Made by a program: the position numbers and the translations under genes. Below the pieces are notes generated by a model that had not been told where the DNA came from, did no database searches, and was given only the letters and a program-made list of their open reading frames with translations. Below, piece after piece: positions 19,221-29,731 of a stretch of 64,000 nucleotides of DNA. This DNA comes from a virus, in IMG/VR virus record IMGVR_UViG_3300032294_002363, positions 32,001-96,000 of that record. The stretch is one strand, 5' to 3'. Positions within the stretch are counted from its first letter, which is position 1; each line of letters starts with the position of its first letter.

Positions 19221-21257
19221 ATGTCTACTAATATTATAAAATATAACGATAATTATCTTCCTTATCCAACTCCATTAGTTACATTAGATAGAGAAAATAT
19301 ATATCTAAATCAATATTGGGGTAATTCAAATTCTATATCTTTAAATGGAATTATTACTGGAAATTTTGATCAAATAAAGACTGGACAAAGTGGCATATTG
19401 AATATATTTAATAAGAATTTTGGAAATTTTGAAATATATGAAGCTACAGGTGCAACAGGCTTTAACCTAAATAGAAGTGGAACTTTCGTTCCTTTTTCTC
19501 CATATTTTAATAATCTAACTGGTGTTTATGTGCCAAAAAATTCTACTATTATTGTTAAAATAAGTGGAAGTTATGGAGGTTTTCCAATATTTTTCTATAG
19601 AAATACATCTTTAGTTAATATTGGTAATCTTTTTACTTTATTTAAAATTAATTATTATTCTGGCGCATCAGAAACTGTATTTCCCCAACCAATTCCATAT
19701 ACGGGATTTGCTGTTACTGCATCTCAAAGTATTCCAAGTGATGATAAATATATTGATCCAACCTTTAATGCTAAAGGTATATATTCTGGAAATATTGGAA
19801 ATAATAATTATATATCATTTGCAAGTTTTGGTGGTGGTGGTGGTACTCCAATAGTTAGATTAGAAGTTAATAGCTTTGATGCGGAAAAAATTTATGAAAA
19901 TAGTGGAATTATAGTAAGGTCAATTAATTTTGAGGAATCTAATTATTCAAATTTAATAAGATATGAAATTGGATTAGGATCAACATCTTTAAGTGGAAAT
20001 GTAACAAATCCAACTAACGAATATTCTTTTACAGAAAATGAAAATAAAACAATCTCTTTATCTCATAGAGTTTCTGCTCAAGGAATTAATACAAATTTAA
20101 GCTCTGGTAAGTCAAATGCAATGGATAACGCAATTGCTTTCGTCAGATCTTACACGGGTTTATCTAATTTACCATCAACAAGATTTATATCTGGCGCGTC
20201 AAATAAATTTTTTATACAGAATTTTTCAGAATCAATTGATAGATTAAATGGAATTTATTCTGTAGAAGAATCTTATATCAGTAATCTATTAAATACTGGT
20301 TTATCTGGTAATCTATCATATACAGTTGATATTGTCTCTGGCGCAGAGTCTAATTCTATACAGATAAATTTGAGAGGTGAATACAAAGGACCAAAAGATG
20401 GCAATATAATTAATCTAAGAAATAGCCTAAATGTGACAGGACTTATAAGTGGCGCATATTCTGGCTATTTTAATCCAGTTCCAATCCAATACAATATATC
20501 AGAAAATACTGGACAAAATTTAATTAATTTTGATTATTCTTTTGATAATATCAACTTGCCAAATCCATATTATCGTTATGAAACAAGTATCTCCAGAGAT
20601 GAAATGCAACAACTTTACAATATCCAAGTCCGCGGTGAAATAATCGCGAGAGGAAATAGAAGATATAGATATTTTCTTTCCACAGGAAATATAACAAATC
20701 TAACTGGACAATTCTTGCGTATTGCGAGCGGAGTATTAACTGGATTTAAAGACTTCAATTCAGACACAACATCTTCTAATTTAAGATTATTAAATACAAA
20801 TATCGAAAGAAATCCTAACGAAGGTATAGTATCAGCTAACGCAGTTTATGATGATAAATTTATACCTACTGGAAATTTTGTAGATGCTAGTTATGATATA
20901 TCTGTTAATGGCCCAGTTTGGTTTATGAATAATCAACCAACTTGCAATGTTAAAGGGTTTCATATAATTAATGATTTTGATATTACAACATTACCAAGAT
21001 TAAATGTAAATACTTCTTTCAGATATAAAAATATAACAGGGATTAATAATGAGAATCTATTAAGATCTCAGGTTAAAGATATAACAAATAATATATTACC
21101 GAATAATTATAATTTCAATATTCAATTACAAGACTCAGAATCATATAGTAAAAAATATAATAGTATTAATTCATTATCGGAAATATCATATAATTTAGAG
21201 AAAATTGATATATCTAATCAAAATGGCTTATTACCAAAATTCAATACCATAAATTAA
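19221..21257 (+). CDS. putative tail-tip protein with ~150-aa insertion
   Basis: YSFTENENKTISLSHRVSAQ / QNFSESIDRL match the previous gene; extra segment near 19440-19880. Confidence 0.5.
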   Translation: MSTNIIKYNDNYLPYPTPLVTLDRENIYLNQYWGNSNSISLNGIITGNFDQIKTGQSGILNIFNKNFGNFEIYEATGATGFNLNRSGTFVPFSPYFNNLTGVYVPKNSTIIVKISGSYGGFPIFFYRNTSLVNIGNLFTLFKINYYSGASETVFPQPIPYTGFAVTASQSIPSDDKYIDPTFNAKGIYSGNIGNNNYISFASFGGGGGTPIVRLEVNSFDAEKIYENSGIIVRSINFEESNYSNLIRYEIGLGSTSLSGNVTNPTNEYSFTENENKTISLSHRVSAQGINTNLSSGKSNAMDNAIAFVRSYTGLSNLPSTRFISGASNKFFIQNFSESIDRLNGIYSVEESYISNLLNTGLSGNLSYTVDIVSGAESNSIQINLRGEYKGPKDGNIINLRNSLNVTGLISGAYSGYFNPVPIQYNISENTGQNLINFDYSFDNINLPNPYYRYETSISRDEMQQLYNIQVRGEIIARGNRRYRYFLSTGNITNLTGQFLRIASGVLTGFKDFNSDTTSSNLRLLNTNIERNPNEGIVSANAVYDDKFIPTGNFVDASYDISVNGPVWFMNNQPTCNVKGFHIINDFDITTLPRLNVNTSFRYKNITGINNENLLRSQVKDITNNILPNNYNFNIQLQDSESYSKKYNSINSLSEISYNLEKIDISNQNGLLPKFNTIN

Positions 21258-21258
21258 T

Positions 21259-23043
21259 ATGAATATACAATTTTTAACTGGATATTTAGAGAAGAACCAA
21301 AGAAATAGTGGTTCTTTAGAGATATATTATGAGTTTACTGGAATGTCTGGGCTGTTCGTTCCAAATCAATTATATCAAGGTCAAACTCAATTTTATAACA
21401 TCCCTGGTGGATTTGGCGTTAATGGTCAATATAGTCCAGGTATTTTTTCTTCTTCATATCAAGAGTCTGGATTTACTGGCTCTGGAGTTTTTGATGGCAT
21501 AACAAATTTAAGAGTAATAAATCAATTAACTGGAGATAGTATATCTTTATTTTATAATTTTTCTTCTTATAGTTGTGCTAAAAGTTTTAATATAGGAAGT
21601 AAATCAATCACTATTCCAACTGGATATATACAGATACTTAGTTATATTGAATCAAAATCAAATTCTACTCCATTTGAAATTATTCTAGGCATAAATGATG
21701 CTTATAAATTAACTTTAGAATTTTCTGGAAGCACTGGTCAAAATAATGAAATACATAAATCTATAAATCTTTCAGAGTTATCATTACAAAATCCAGTCGG
21801 TTTAAGACTAAATAAAAATAATATAGAATATACATATTTTGATATTATTGAAGATGAAATAAATAACCAAAGCATAAATCTAACTGGCAATTTTTTTAAT
21901 CAAAGTAAGAACATATATATTGGCAATTTCCCAACTGGTAAAAGCAGAGCAAATTATACTGGATTCATTGGAATTATTGATGATTTTGTTGCCTGTGATG
22001 AATATTTTGATTCAAATCTATCTATGGGATTATCAAAGCTATTTATAAAGACTGGAGAATCTATAGAGCTAAGAAATATAACTGGAGTAAAATATAATAT
22101 CATACAAAGTGGATTTTTGAATCCTACTGGTATAATAGGAACAGGAATTACTGGCTATAGAATTGTTCCATCTGAGGATTCTTTTGGATCAACAACAGTA
22201 TATATTAGCTCAGGGGTTTCTGGCGTACTAACTGGAGAAAAGATAGAATATCGCGTAGTCTCTCAAGAGCAATATTCTATAAAACAACAAGTTGTTCAAA
22301 CTGATCTCTTTGACGAAGACTACGCTTCAAGATTTACTAAAAATTATATCATATTTACTCCAAAGTTAGATTCTACTGATATATTTGAAGTTCAATTATA
22401 TAACGATTCGCAAAGCAAGATAGAGTTTCCAGAATATGGAATCCTAAATGATATTTATGTTAATCAAGATAATCTTACAAATAAAAATGTATTAATATTT
22501 TTTAATGGTATAAATATATCTTCTGGAGATTATACGATTACAAGTAATGGCAATAAGTTTACTATCAGTTCATATAATAAAGATATTGATGATACAGTAT
22601 CTTATGTTTTATCAAGTTATACTGGGATTGAGAATTACGCATTTTCTAACACTACTGGAAGCGTTCATAATGGTTATGTTTTTGTTGGAAAACTAAATAA
22701 TAAAAAATATGATGTATTCTTAAATGGCCAAAAGCTAATATCTGGAGAAAATTATCTTATATCTGGTTTAGATTATAATTTATATTTAAAAACAGATCTT
22801 GCTGCTGGAGAAGTATATACTTATGAAGATAATTTTATAAGCGGGACAACAGGCACAAATATTAAATTATATAATCCTAGTATAAGTTATAATAATGAAA
22901 AGATATGGGTTAATGGATTATTCCAAAATAAAAATGAAAATTATCTATTGACTTCGTGCGTTAATACTATTCTACAAGCCACCGGAGATATTGAAATCAA
23001 AGGGGAAAGTATATTTGATAATGAATATCATAGATTCATTTAA
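21259..23043 (+). CDS. virion tail-associated protein, (S/T)G-rich
   Basis: 594 aa, beta-rich; FIGIIDDF resembles a LamG strand; repeated (F/W)xNG(I/Q/L) motifs in the C-terminal half. Confidence 0.5.
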   Translation: MNIQFLTGYLEKNQRNSGSLEIYYEFTGMSGLFVPNQLYQGQTQFYNIPGGFGVNGQYSPGIFSSSYQESGFTGSGVFDGITNLRVINQLTGDSISLFYNFSSYSCAKSFNIGSKSITIPTGYIQILSYIESKSNSTPFEIILGINDAYKLTLEFSGSTGQNNEIHKSINLSELSLQNPVGLRLNKNNIEYTYFDIIEDEINNQSINLTGNFFNQSKNIYIGNFPTGKSRANYTGFIGIIDDFVACDEYFDSNLSMGLSKLFIKTGESIELRNITGVKYNIIQSGFLNPTGIIGTGITGYRIVPSEDSFGSTTVYISSGVSGVLTGEKIEYRVVSQEQYSIKQQVVQTDLFDEDYASRFTKNYIIFTPKLDSTDIFEVQLYNDSQSKIEFPEYGILNDIYVNQDNLTNKNVLIFFNGINISSGDYTITSNGNKFTISSYNKDIDDTVSYVLSSYTGIENYAFSNTTGSVHNGYVFVGKLNNKKYDVFLNGQKLISGENYLISGLDYNLYLKTDLAAGEVYTYEDNFISGTTGTNIKLYNPSISYNNEKIWVNGLFQNKNENYLLTSCVNTILQATGDIEIKGESIFDNEYHRFI

Positions 23044-23045
23044 TA

Positions 23046-23051
23046 GTGTAA
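23046..23051 (+). promoter_or_regulatory. GTGTAA putative late-promoter element
   Basis: 29 nt before ATG 23081; AAGGAG lies in between. Confidence 0.65.
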
Positions 23052-23080
23052 ATATATCAAGGAATAAGGAGTAAGGCAAA

Positions 23081-25330
23081 ATGCCTATAAAATCTATAGA
23101 AAAGATCAAGATAGGGAATTATCCATATGGAAAGTTTGCTAATGGTTATATATATTCCGCGCAAATTGATCAAGGATATAGTGAAAATGCTAATAAGCTA
23201 ACTATAGATATTGTTTATGAAAATAATGCTGTTATAAATTTACCACAAAAAAATTTAACTACATCATATAGAGTAGAATTTGGCGATATAGTATTTCCGC
23301 AAATGTATTTTATAGGTCACTCAAAAAGCGTAGGCGTAAATGAAGAAACGATAACGTGTACTTTTGTTGATGGATCTATTTTATTAGATAGATATTTTGT
23401 TGGATTAACTAATCGACATTATAAAATAAATGAGCAATCTCAAAATTTTAATGTTGGTGTTTTTTGTGCGAATTGTGACAATACATTAGGAGTTACGACT
23501 GGTAATGTTACAAGAAACCTTGCTAATTCACCAAATATTGTAGTAAATAATTTATTAGTTGTTGGTGATGAAGAATTTATAGATCAAGCTTGTGATATAC
23601 CAGATGTCAAATATAATTTTACTGATTTATTAATTACGATGGGTAAAATACCAAACTTTATTTTCCAGAATTTCAAAGATATAAATTCATCTTATAAGAC
23701 ATCGTATACTGGAACTCTAAGAGAAGTTTTATCTAATTGGTGTAGTGATTTTGGTTTTAGTTTTTATTGGGATTTTATAACTAATAGTTTGATATGTATT
23801 GATTTAAGAAATCCAGTAGATTTGACTCCTGTAGAAAATTTAATAAATGAAAACTTTAATCAAAATAATGTAGATGCAAATTTACCTATATCAAGCTTCT
23901 CTGAGGATGAATCTTTAGAGGGCACATATCAACAAGATAATATTGATTACGTTTTAAAGCCTTCAAGACAAAAAGAAAGAGAGATTAAAGATTTTTTTCC
24001 TATTGAATATGAAGCCGTACCAGTTTCCACCTCATTTCCTTTGGAAGCCTTAGCTTTAGCAAAATATAATTCCGAAGCATTTACATTATATTGTTTAGAG
24101 AATAATATTAACTCATTAATTGGGTTTGATCCAATTTATGTTGGAATAAATACTTATGTTTTATCGACAGCCTTACAAAATATAGCAGAATATGCTGCAG
24201 ATGGACGAGCAATTATTAAAATAGGAAGATACAATAGAGACAAAGATGAGTCCGCGGCAAATATAGCTTCTTTAGCTGCGGAAGATATAGGTAGATATTA
24301 TTATAATTTAAATTATGTTCTGTGGAAAGATCTTATCTGTACTGCATATTCTAAATATAATATTGATACCAGTTATGAACCTCAGCCAATTTTTGGAGCC
24401 AGACCTTGGGCAAAGTATGGTGGAAATTTTCTTTTACCAATAGGTAATTCTTGGTTAATTGAAAGAAGTCCAGCCTATCAAGTTATTAATTCTCAAAATT
24501 TTTCTATACAAGGATTAAGTCCAATTTATATGGATATTGAAGGAGAAGTAGCAGATCAAGTAAGAAATGCTCTTCTGCAAGTAAATCCTAATGACACTCA
24601 AGCTGATAGATATCGAGGTTTAACATTGATTGCGTATAAACCTTATCTATATGTAAATACAAACTTTAATTATTGGAATTCTTCAGAAGAAAATTTTACT
24701 AATGCACAATATCAAACGAATGAATTACCAGAATGTCAAACTGTTTGTGAAAAAGATGTCAGTGTTGAAATATGTAGGAAAGAATGTACTACTTTAGTTG
24801 CCCCTGGTAATGGTTTAATAAGTAAGCTTTCAAGAGCCTTTACATTTACAAATGGTTTAAATGGATCTCAAATGACTATTGTACTACCATCTCAACAAAG
24901 ATATTTAGGATATATAAAAGCTGAGGGAAGTTTTACATATACCGAACCAGGCATCAAGCAAATGCAATCTAATTCAAATTTTTCTGCAGATCCTAATGTT
25001 ATGTCCTATTCTATAAATTTAAATGACATTACTACAGATGAACCCTCTGTAGGATCGATTAATTTTAATAATATTGATCAGAATAGTGATGGATTAGATA
25101 TTAAACAAAAAAATCCAAAGAAGAATATAGCTTTAAAAATTATAGGGATGAATTATGGTCTTCTTAACAACTACCTTAACCCTGAGTCAGGCTTAACAAG
25201 TTTTAACGTATATCTTAATGAAAATGGTGTTTTCACTGATTTAAATTTTGAAAATAGACCAGCAAAAAGACCAGCAGCAGAAGCAATCATGCAAAAGGTT
25301 GGCCCACAGAAAACTAGGATTATAAAATGA
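23081..25330 (+). CDS. putative tail-tip/hub protein with Cys motifs
   Basis: 749 aa; YTGTLREVLSNWCSDFGFSFYWD is reminiscent of hub-protein folds; CANC and CQTVC...C motifs. Confidence 0.45.
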   Translation: MPIKSIEKIKIGNYPYGKFANGYIYSAQIDQGYSENANKLTIDIVYENNAVINLPQKNLTTSYRVEFGDIVFPQMYFIGHSKSVGVNEETITCTFVDGSILLDRYFVGLTNRHYKINEQSQNFNVGVFCANCDNTLGVTTGNVTRNLANSPNIVVNNLLVVGDEEFIDQACDIPDVKYNFTDLLITMGKIPNFIFQNFKDINSSYKTSYTGTLREVLSNWCSDFGFSFYWDFITNSLICIDLRNPVDLTPVENLINENFNQNNVDANLPISSFSEDESLEGTYQQDNIDYVLKPSRQKEREIKDFFPIEYEAVPVSTSFPLEALALAKYNSEAFTLYCLENNINSLIGFDPIYVGINTYVLSTALQNIAEYAADGRAIIKIGRYNRDKDESAANIASLAAEDIGRYYYNLNYVLWKDLICTAYSKYNIDTSYEPQPIFGARPWAKYGGNFLLPIGNSWLIERSPAYQVINSQNFSIQGLSPIYMDIEGEVADQVRNALLQVNPNDTQADRYRGLTLIAYKPYLYVNTNFNYWNSSEENFTNAQYQTNELPECQTVCEKDVSVEICRKECTTLVAPGNGLISKLSRAFTFTNGLNGSQMTIVLPSQQRYLGYIKAEGSFTYTEPGIKQMQSNSNFSADPNVMSYSINLNDITTDEPSVGSINFNNIDQNSDGLDIKQKNPKKNIALKIIGMNYGLLNNYLNPESGLTSFNVYLNENGVFTDLNFENRPAKRPAAEAIMQKVGPQKTRIIK

Positions 25331-28110
25331 TATTCTCTGGAAATAATTATTTATCTTTAAGTTATAATACTGGTATATCTTTTAATATAGATTTATCTGT
25401 AAATAATGATACTGGTATAGTAAATTTTGGATTCTCTGGTCAAAATAATGCTTTAAATTTTAAATTACAAGATAATAAATTTTTTGATGGTGAGGGTAGG
25501 AATATTTATCTTTACAGATCAAATCAAGATATAAATATATCTGGCAATATTTCTCCAACAAATTATTCTTATTATATAGATCAAAATCTAATTGCTCTAA
25601 ATGGTAAAAAAAGTAATTTTACAATTAGTGGTTTTTATATCAATGCATCTGGATGTGAGGTTGATTCAAATATGTCTATATTTGGAACTAGGCCAGATTA
25701 TAGTTTAAATTTAGATAAAATATTTTATATTACAGGTACAAATACATTAACTGGAACAATATCAAATACAAATAATTTAAATTTTAAAATATATAGTGGA
25801 TCTGTTACGATACCAACTGGATTTAGTCTGGGAAATATATCTGAATACATACAAAATACTGGTTATTTTAGTATAAATCACTATCTATTTTCTAGCGGCC
25901 AAGTCGAAGATGAGAGACTATATGAAGTACAGTTAAATTTATTTACAAACTTTGGACAAATAACTCAGAATTTTACAACAACAGGTTCATATTCTGGTTT
26001 TGTAAATGTTAATTTAGATCTACTAAATATCACGGATTTCATCGCAAGGACTGGTATTGACACTGGGTTGGGAAATTTTAAACAAAATAATTTTCAATTA
26101 AATTATAATATTATAACAGGAAGTATAAGATCTGAGCCTGTTATATTAAATAAATATTTAAATGTAAAATTAGAATATAGTGGTGGAAATACTGGTAGTT
26201 TATATTATGATGTATTTGCTAGTGGATATAGTCAACAAACTCTATCTGGTTTTATAACAGGAAGTGGTATCGTAGAAAAACGAATAGCTTTTTCTGGAAC
26301 TGGATATAATGCAATCTCTGGATTTAATCAAAGCGGTTTATTAACTGGGATTGTTAAGGATACATTGTTTGTTACGGGTTTTTCTTTCCAAAATATATCT
26401 ATAAATTATTCTGGATTAATTGATGGAATATTAGTCAATTATAGTGAGAGTGGAAGAATTAGTGGAACCGCCGTAGATGGAGTTATCAATCATTTTACAT
26501 ATTATTATAAAAATATCTATAATGATACAATTCAAATAAGTGGAAGCGGAACTTCTACGTCAGATTTATTTGGATATTCTATATGTTCAAATACAGGAAA
26601 TATAATAGCCGTTGGTAATCCAGGTGATGATCTTGGTAGTTATACAAATGCTGGTAGTGTTTATGTATATACTGGTATTGGTACAGGTTTTACTCAAGTA
26701 TCTTTTCTAACTGGAAATAATATTTTAGCAAACGATTCATTTGGTTCATATTTAGATATTAATCCACAAGGTACAAAAATATTTATCGGCGCATCTGGCA
26801 AGAGCGTAAATTCTGTAGCAAATATAGGTAGCGTATATATTTTTACTGGTAATGGTATTAATCTTTGGTCTCAACAACAAATGATAACAGGAAATAATGC
26901 AAGTGGATCTGATGCCTTCGGAGCTTCACTAGAGATTGCAGATCTTGATAATATTTTAGTTGTTGGTGCACCTTATAAAAATATTGGAACTGGAATACGT
27001 ACATTTACTGGCGCAGGAATGGCTTATGTATTTACTGGAAATGATTCTGCTTTTGCTCAAGCAAATTTTATTACTGGATCTGACATATCGGGTAACTATA
27101 ATTTCGGAGATTCTTTAGCTATTTCAAGAGATGGTACAACAATTTTTGTTGGTTCTCCAAATAGTATGATCGGAACTTCTCCTAGAGTCGGTGCAGTCTA
27201 TGTATTTTCAAGAATAAGTTCTACAGGATGGAATCAAATCGCAAAAATTACTGGAAATAATTTATCTGCAAATGAAAAATTCGGTTCTTCAATATCAATA
27301 AATCAAGATGCAAAAATTCTTTCGATTGGTGCTATTGGCCATAATTCTTCTGGCGGAGCAGTTTATATCTTTACTGGAGATGGTACATCTTCTTGGGTTC
27401 AGAGGCAAAGAATTAGCGGATCAGATGGAAGTTCTTTAGATAGTTTTGGTAATTCAATTAAGACAGATTTAGCTGGTAATAAGATATATATTGGAGCAAA
27501 GAATAATACTCATAATAGTTATACTAATGCAGGAAGTATATATGTATTTACTGGTAATGGAAATGTCTGGGCTCAAGAGGCAAAGATCACTGGTAATCTA
27601 GGCCAGACAAATAGATATCTGGGGCATATAATAGATCTTGGATACTCTCAGAGAAGGATAGTCGCTGGAATGCCATATTATGATATTAATGGTAATTCTG
27701 ATGTTGGTTCTTATAAAGTTATTAATGATGTTGATATTAGTGGTTTTATTAGTAAAGTTTTATCTACAGGAAATTCCATTTCAACATCAAATTATTTGGC
27801 AACAGGCAATATAACTGGAAATATTTATACAAAAACATTCTTTGAAACATTTAATTTATTTACTGGGTATTATTTATCTGGACAATTTACTGGATTAGTA
27901 GATTTTAAAGGCACAGGTTTTAGACATGGAGATACATTGTATCTTCATACTGGACTAATAAATAGTGGAACTAGTGATATTTATATTCGAGTTCAAACCA
28001 AGAACTACGGAGATAATTATCAAATGACTGGTAAATTAACAATTAGCGGTTATAATTTAAATAATACAAAAAATAATGTATTAGTAGAGTATATAACAGG
28101 AGAAGGATAA
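25327..28110 (+). CDS. tail protein with seven FG-GAP repeats (beta-propeller)
   Basis: Seven repeats D-x-FG-x-S...(V/I)G(A/N/S)P...G(S/A)VY(V/I)F at about 26560-27720. Confidence 0.8.
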   Translation: MIFSGNNYLSLSYNTGISFNIDLSVNNDTGIVNFGFSGQNNALNFKLQDNKFFDGEGRNIYLYRSNQDINISGNISPTNYSYYIDQNLIALNGKKSNFTISGFYINASGCEVDSNMSIFGTRPDYSLNLDKIFYITGTNTLTGTISNTNNLNFKIYSGSVTIPTGFSLGNISEYIQNTGYFSINHYLFSSGQVEDERLYEVQLNLFTNFGQITQNFTTTGSYSGFVNVNLDLLNITDFIARTGIDTGLGNFKQNNFQLNYNIITGSIRSEPVILNKYLNVKLEYSGGNTGSLYYDVFASGYSQQTLSGFITGSGIVEKRIAFSGTGYNAISGFNQSGLLTGIVKDTLFVTGFSFQNISINYSGLIDGILVNYSESGRISGTAVDGVINHFTYYYKNIYNDTIQISGSGTSTSDLFGYSICSNTGNIIAVGNPGDDLGSYTNAGSVYVYTGIGTGFTQVSFLTGNNILANDSFGSYLDINPQGTKIFIGASGKSVNSVANIGSVYIFTGNGINLWSQQQMITGNNASGSDAFGASLEIADLDNILVVGAPYKNIGTGIRTFTGAGMAYVFTGNDSAFAQANFITGSDISGNYNFGDSLAISRDGTTIFVGSPNSMIGTSPRVGAVYVFSRISSTGWNQIAKITGNNLSANEKFGSSISINQDAKILSIGAIGHNSSGGAVYIFTGDGTSSWVQRQRISGSDGSSLDSFGNSIKTDLAGNKIYIGAKNNTHNSYTNAGSIYVFTGNGNVWAQEAKITGNLGQTNRYLGHIIDLGYSQRRIVAGMPYYDINGNSDVGSYKVINDVDISGFISKVLSTGNSISTSNYLATGNITGNIYTKTFFETFNLFTGYYLSGQFTGLVDFKGTGFRHGDTLYLHTGLINSGTSDIYIRVQTKNYGDNYQMTGKLTISGYNLNNTKNNVLVEYITGEG

Positions 28111-28122
28111 AGGTAATATTTT

Positions 28123-28719
28123 ATGGCAGTAAAATTTGTTCAAGATTATGGAAACTCTAATCCTAGTTGGTCTTATTTTTATGACGATGGATTAGGGAAT
28201 CATTTACAGATCGGTGGATTAGCAGTAGATAAAATATATGACTTTTTAATTCAAACTGTAGTTGATCCATATGTACAATTATATTTATATCCTGCAGGAT
28301 TAGATGTTAAACCATTTAATGGATCGGATCTTACCTATAAATTATATTTTACAAGTAGTGCATCTTATTTAGATCTTGGTAGAGGATATTCACATTATGC
28401 TAGAATATTTTCTAATGGAACCCAAAGTGACTTGATCGTTCAGAACGCAGATTCTACTTATGTTGGTAATTTATATTCAACATTTACCAATGCTGGCATT
28501 GATATCTACACGCCAAGTTATGCAATTTTTGGTGAGGCAACAAATAATGAAGCGTATATAGGCGTACAAAATGCAAATGGATCGGCGCTAATTTATTTAG
28601 ATACTGCTAATATACCATTAACTGCAGGTAATAAGGAAATAGTTATAAGAGAAATAGAAGTTTGCCATGAAGGTAAGATAAAAAAGATGTTAATCTTAGC
28701 TAGTGAACCTTACTTATAA
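28123..28719 (+). CDS. putative tail fibre-associated protein
   Basis: Last gene of the + strand module; 198 aa; C-terminal IREIEVCHEGKIKKMLILASEPY. Confidence 0.45.
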   Translation: MAVKFVQDYGNSNPSWSYFYDDGLGNHLQIGGLAVDKIYDFLIQTVVDPYVQLYLYPAGLDVKPFNGSDLTYKLYFTSSASYLDLGRGYSHYARIFSNGTQSDLIVQNADSTYVGNLYSTFTNAGIDIYTPSYAIFGEATNNEAYIGVQNANGSALIYLDTANIPLTAGNKEIVIREIEVCHEGKIKKMLILASEPYL

Positions 28720-28896
28720 TTAAATTTTCTTAATATTTTTTGGGCTGAATATTTCTAATATTTTATTAAATTCAGGGACTTCCAAACCTTTTAGTTCTGT
28801 CCTACTTAAGAATTTAAATAGTATATCAAGTTCTTTTTTAGATAATGTTACTTGAATTTTATCTGTATCAATCAAAGTTTGTTGCTGATCTGTCAT
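28720..28896 (-). CDS. small hypothetical protein (58 aa), not in the ORF track
   Basis: MTDQQQTLIDTDKIQVTLSKKELDILFKFLSRTELKGLEVPEFNKILEIFSPKNIKKI; its ATG overlaps the TGA of 28893-29696. Confidence 0.7.
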   Translation of the reverse strand: MTDQQQTLIDTDKIQVTLSKKELDILFKFLSRTELKGLEVPEFNKILEIFSPKNIKKI

Positions 28897-29696
28897 GCCT
28901 TCTTAATCCTTTCAATTAATTCAAATATTTTACTCTTTGGAATATCAGATAGAGTGGTTATATTCTCGGCATTATCAAATTTCTCTTTCGCTAATTTCTT
29001 CTTTAATTGCTCAATACTAATACCTTTATCTTTCATGACTTTTTCAAGTAGTGCATGTGGTGATGTAGGATTATCAATCGATGTATTACCTTCATCAAGT
29101 AACTTTGCATCTCCAAGCTCTTCTTGAGATACGATGTTAATTTTTAAAAAGTTACGCACACAGCGCACAAAAGCTCTATTCTCTGCAATTGCCGCGAGGA
29201 AGAATCTGGCAAAGGATTTTGTATTGCTAGAAGTTGCGTCAGCTAGTGCCTCAAATACAATCTCGCGTCCACCAGTTTCATAGTTTGGTATCCAAGTAAT
29301 TCTACAACTGGTAGCAAAATAATTCTCAGAAGCTGTAACGACTTTATACTCAACGCTTGTGTATCCACGAATCTGAGCAAGCTCTTTGATACCACCTAAA
29401 AGAATTAATAAATCTTTATCTTCTAATTTAGAAACGTCTGTTTCTTGAGTCTTTTGGCGATTTGGCACAAGATATTCTGTTTTAACCATTTTTCTCCAAT
29501 TAATTGTACCATCATCATTATATATATAATAAATGCTAGCATTCTCTAGTAGACCATACTGATTTCTTGTGATAATATTTGGTGGAGTTTGCATGGTAGT
29601 TTTGGTATCTACTGATTCAGTAAATATATTTGTATCAACTAGCTCTGAACTTCCTATAGAAATTGTATCTTGATCTGGTTTTATTTTTGGACTCAT
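28893..29696 (-). CDS. Rad52/Sak-like ssDNA annealing protein (putative)
   Basis: LLILLGGIKELAQIRGY...AAIAENRAFVRCVRNFLKINIVSQEEL resembles Rad52-fold phage recombinases. Confidence 0.55.
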   Translation of the reverse strand: MSPKIKPDQDTISIGSSELVDTNIFTESVDTKTTMQTPPNIITRNQYGLLENASIYYIYNDDGTINWRKMVKTEYLVPNRQKTQETDVSKLEDKDLLILLGGIKELAQIRGYTSVEYKVVTASENYFATSCRITWIPNYETGGREIVFEALADATSSNTKSFARFFLAAIAENRAFVRCVRNFLKINIVSQEELGDAKLLDEGNTSIDNPTSPHALLEKVMKDKGISIEQLKKKLAKEKFDNAENITTLSDIPKSKIFELIERIKKA

Positions 29697-29702
29697 CTTA
29701 TG

Positions 29703-29731
29703 ATGATACTACAGAATTTATTCTTGGTCAA
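29703..29731 (-). promoter_or_regulatory. sigma70-type promoter TTGACC-N17-TATCAT
   Basis: The -10 box ends 6 nt before ATG 29696. Confidence 0.8.
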
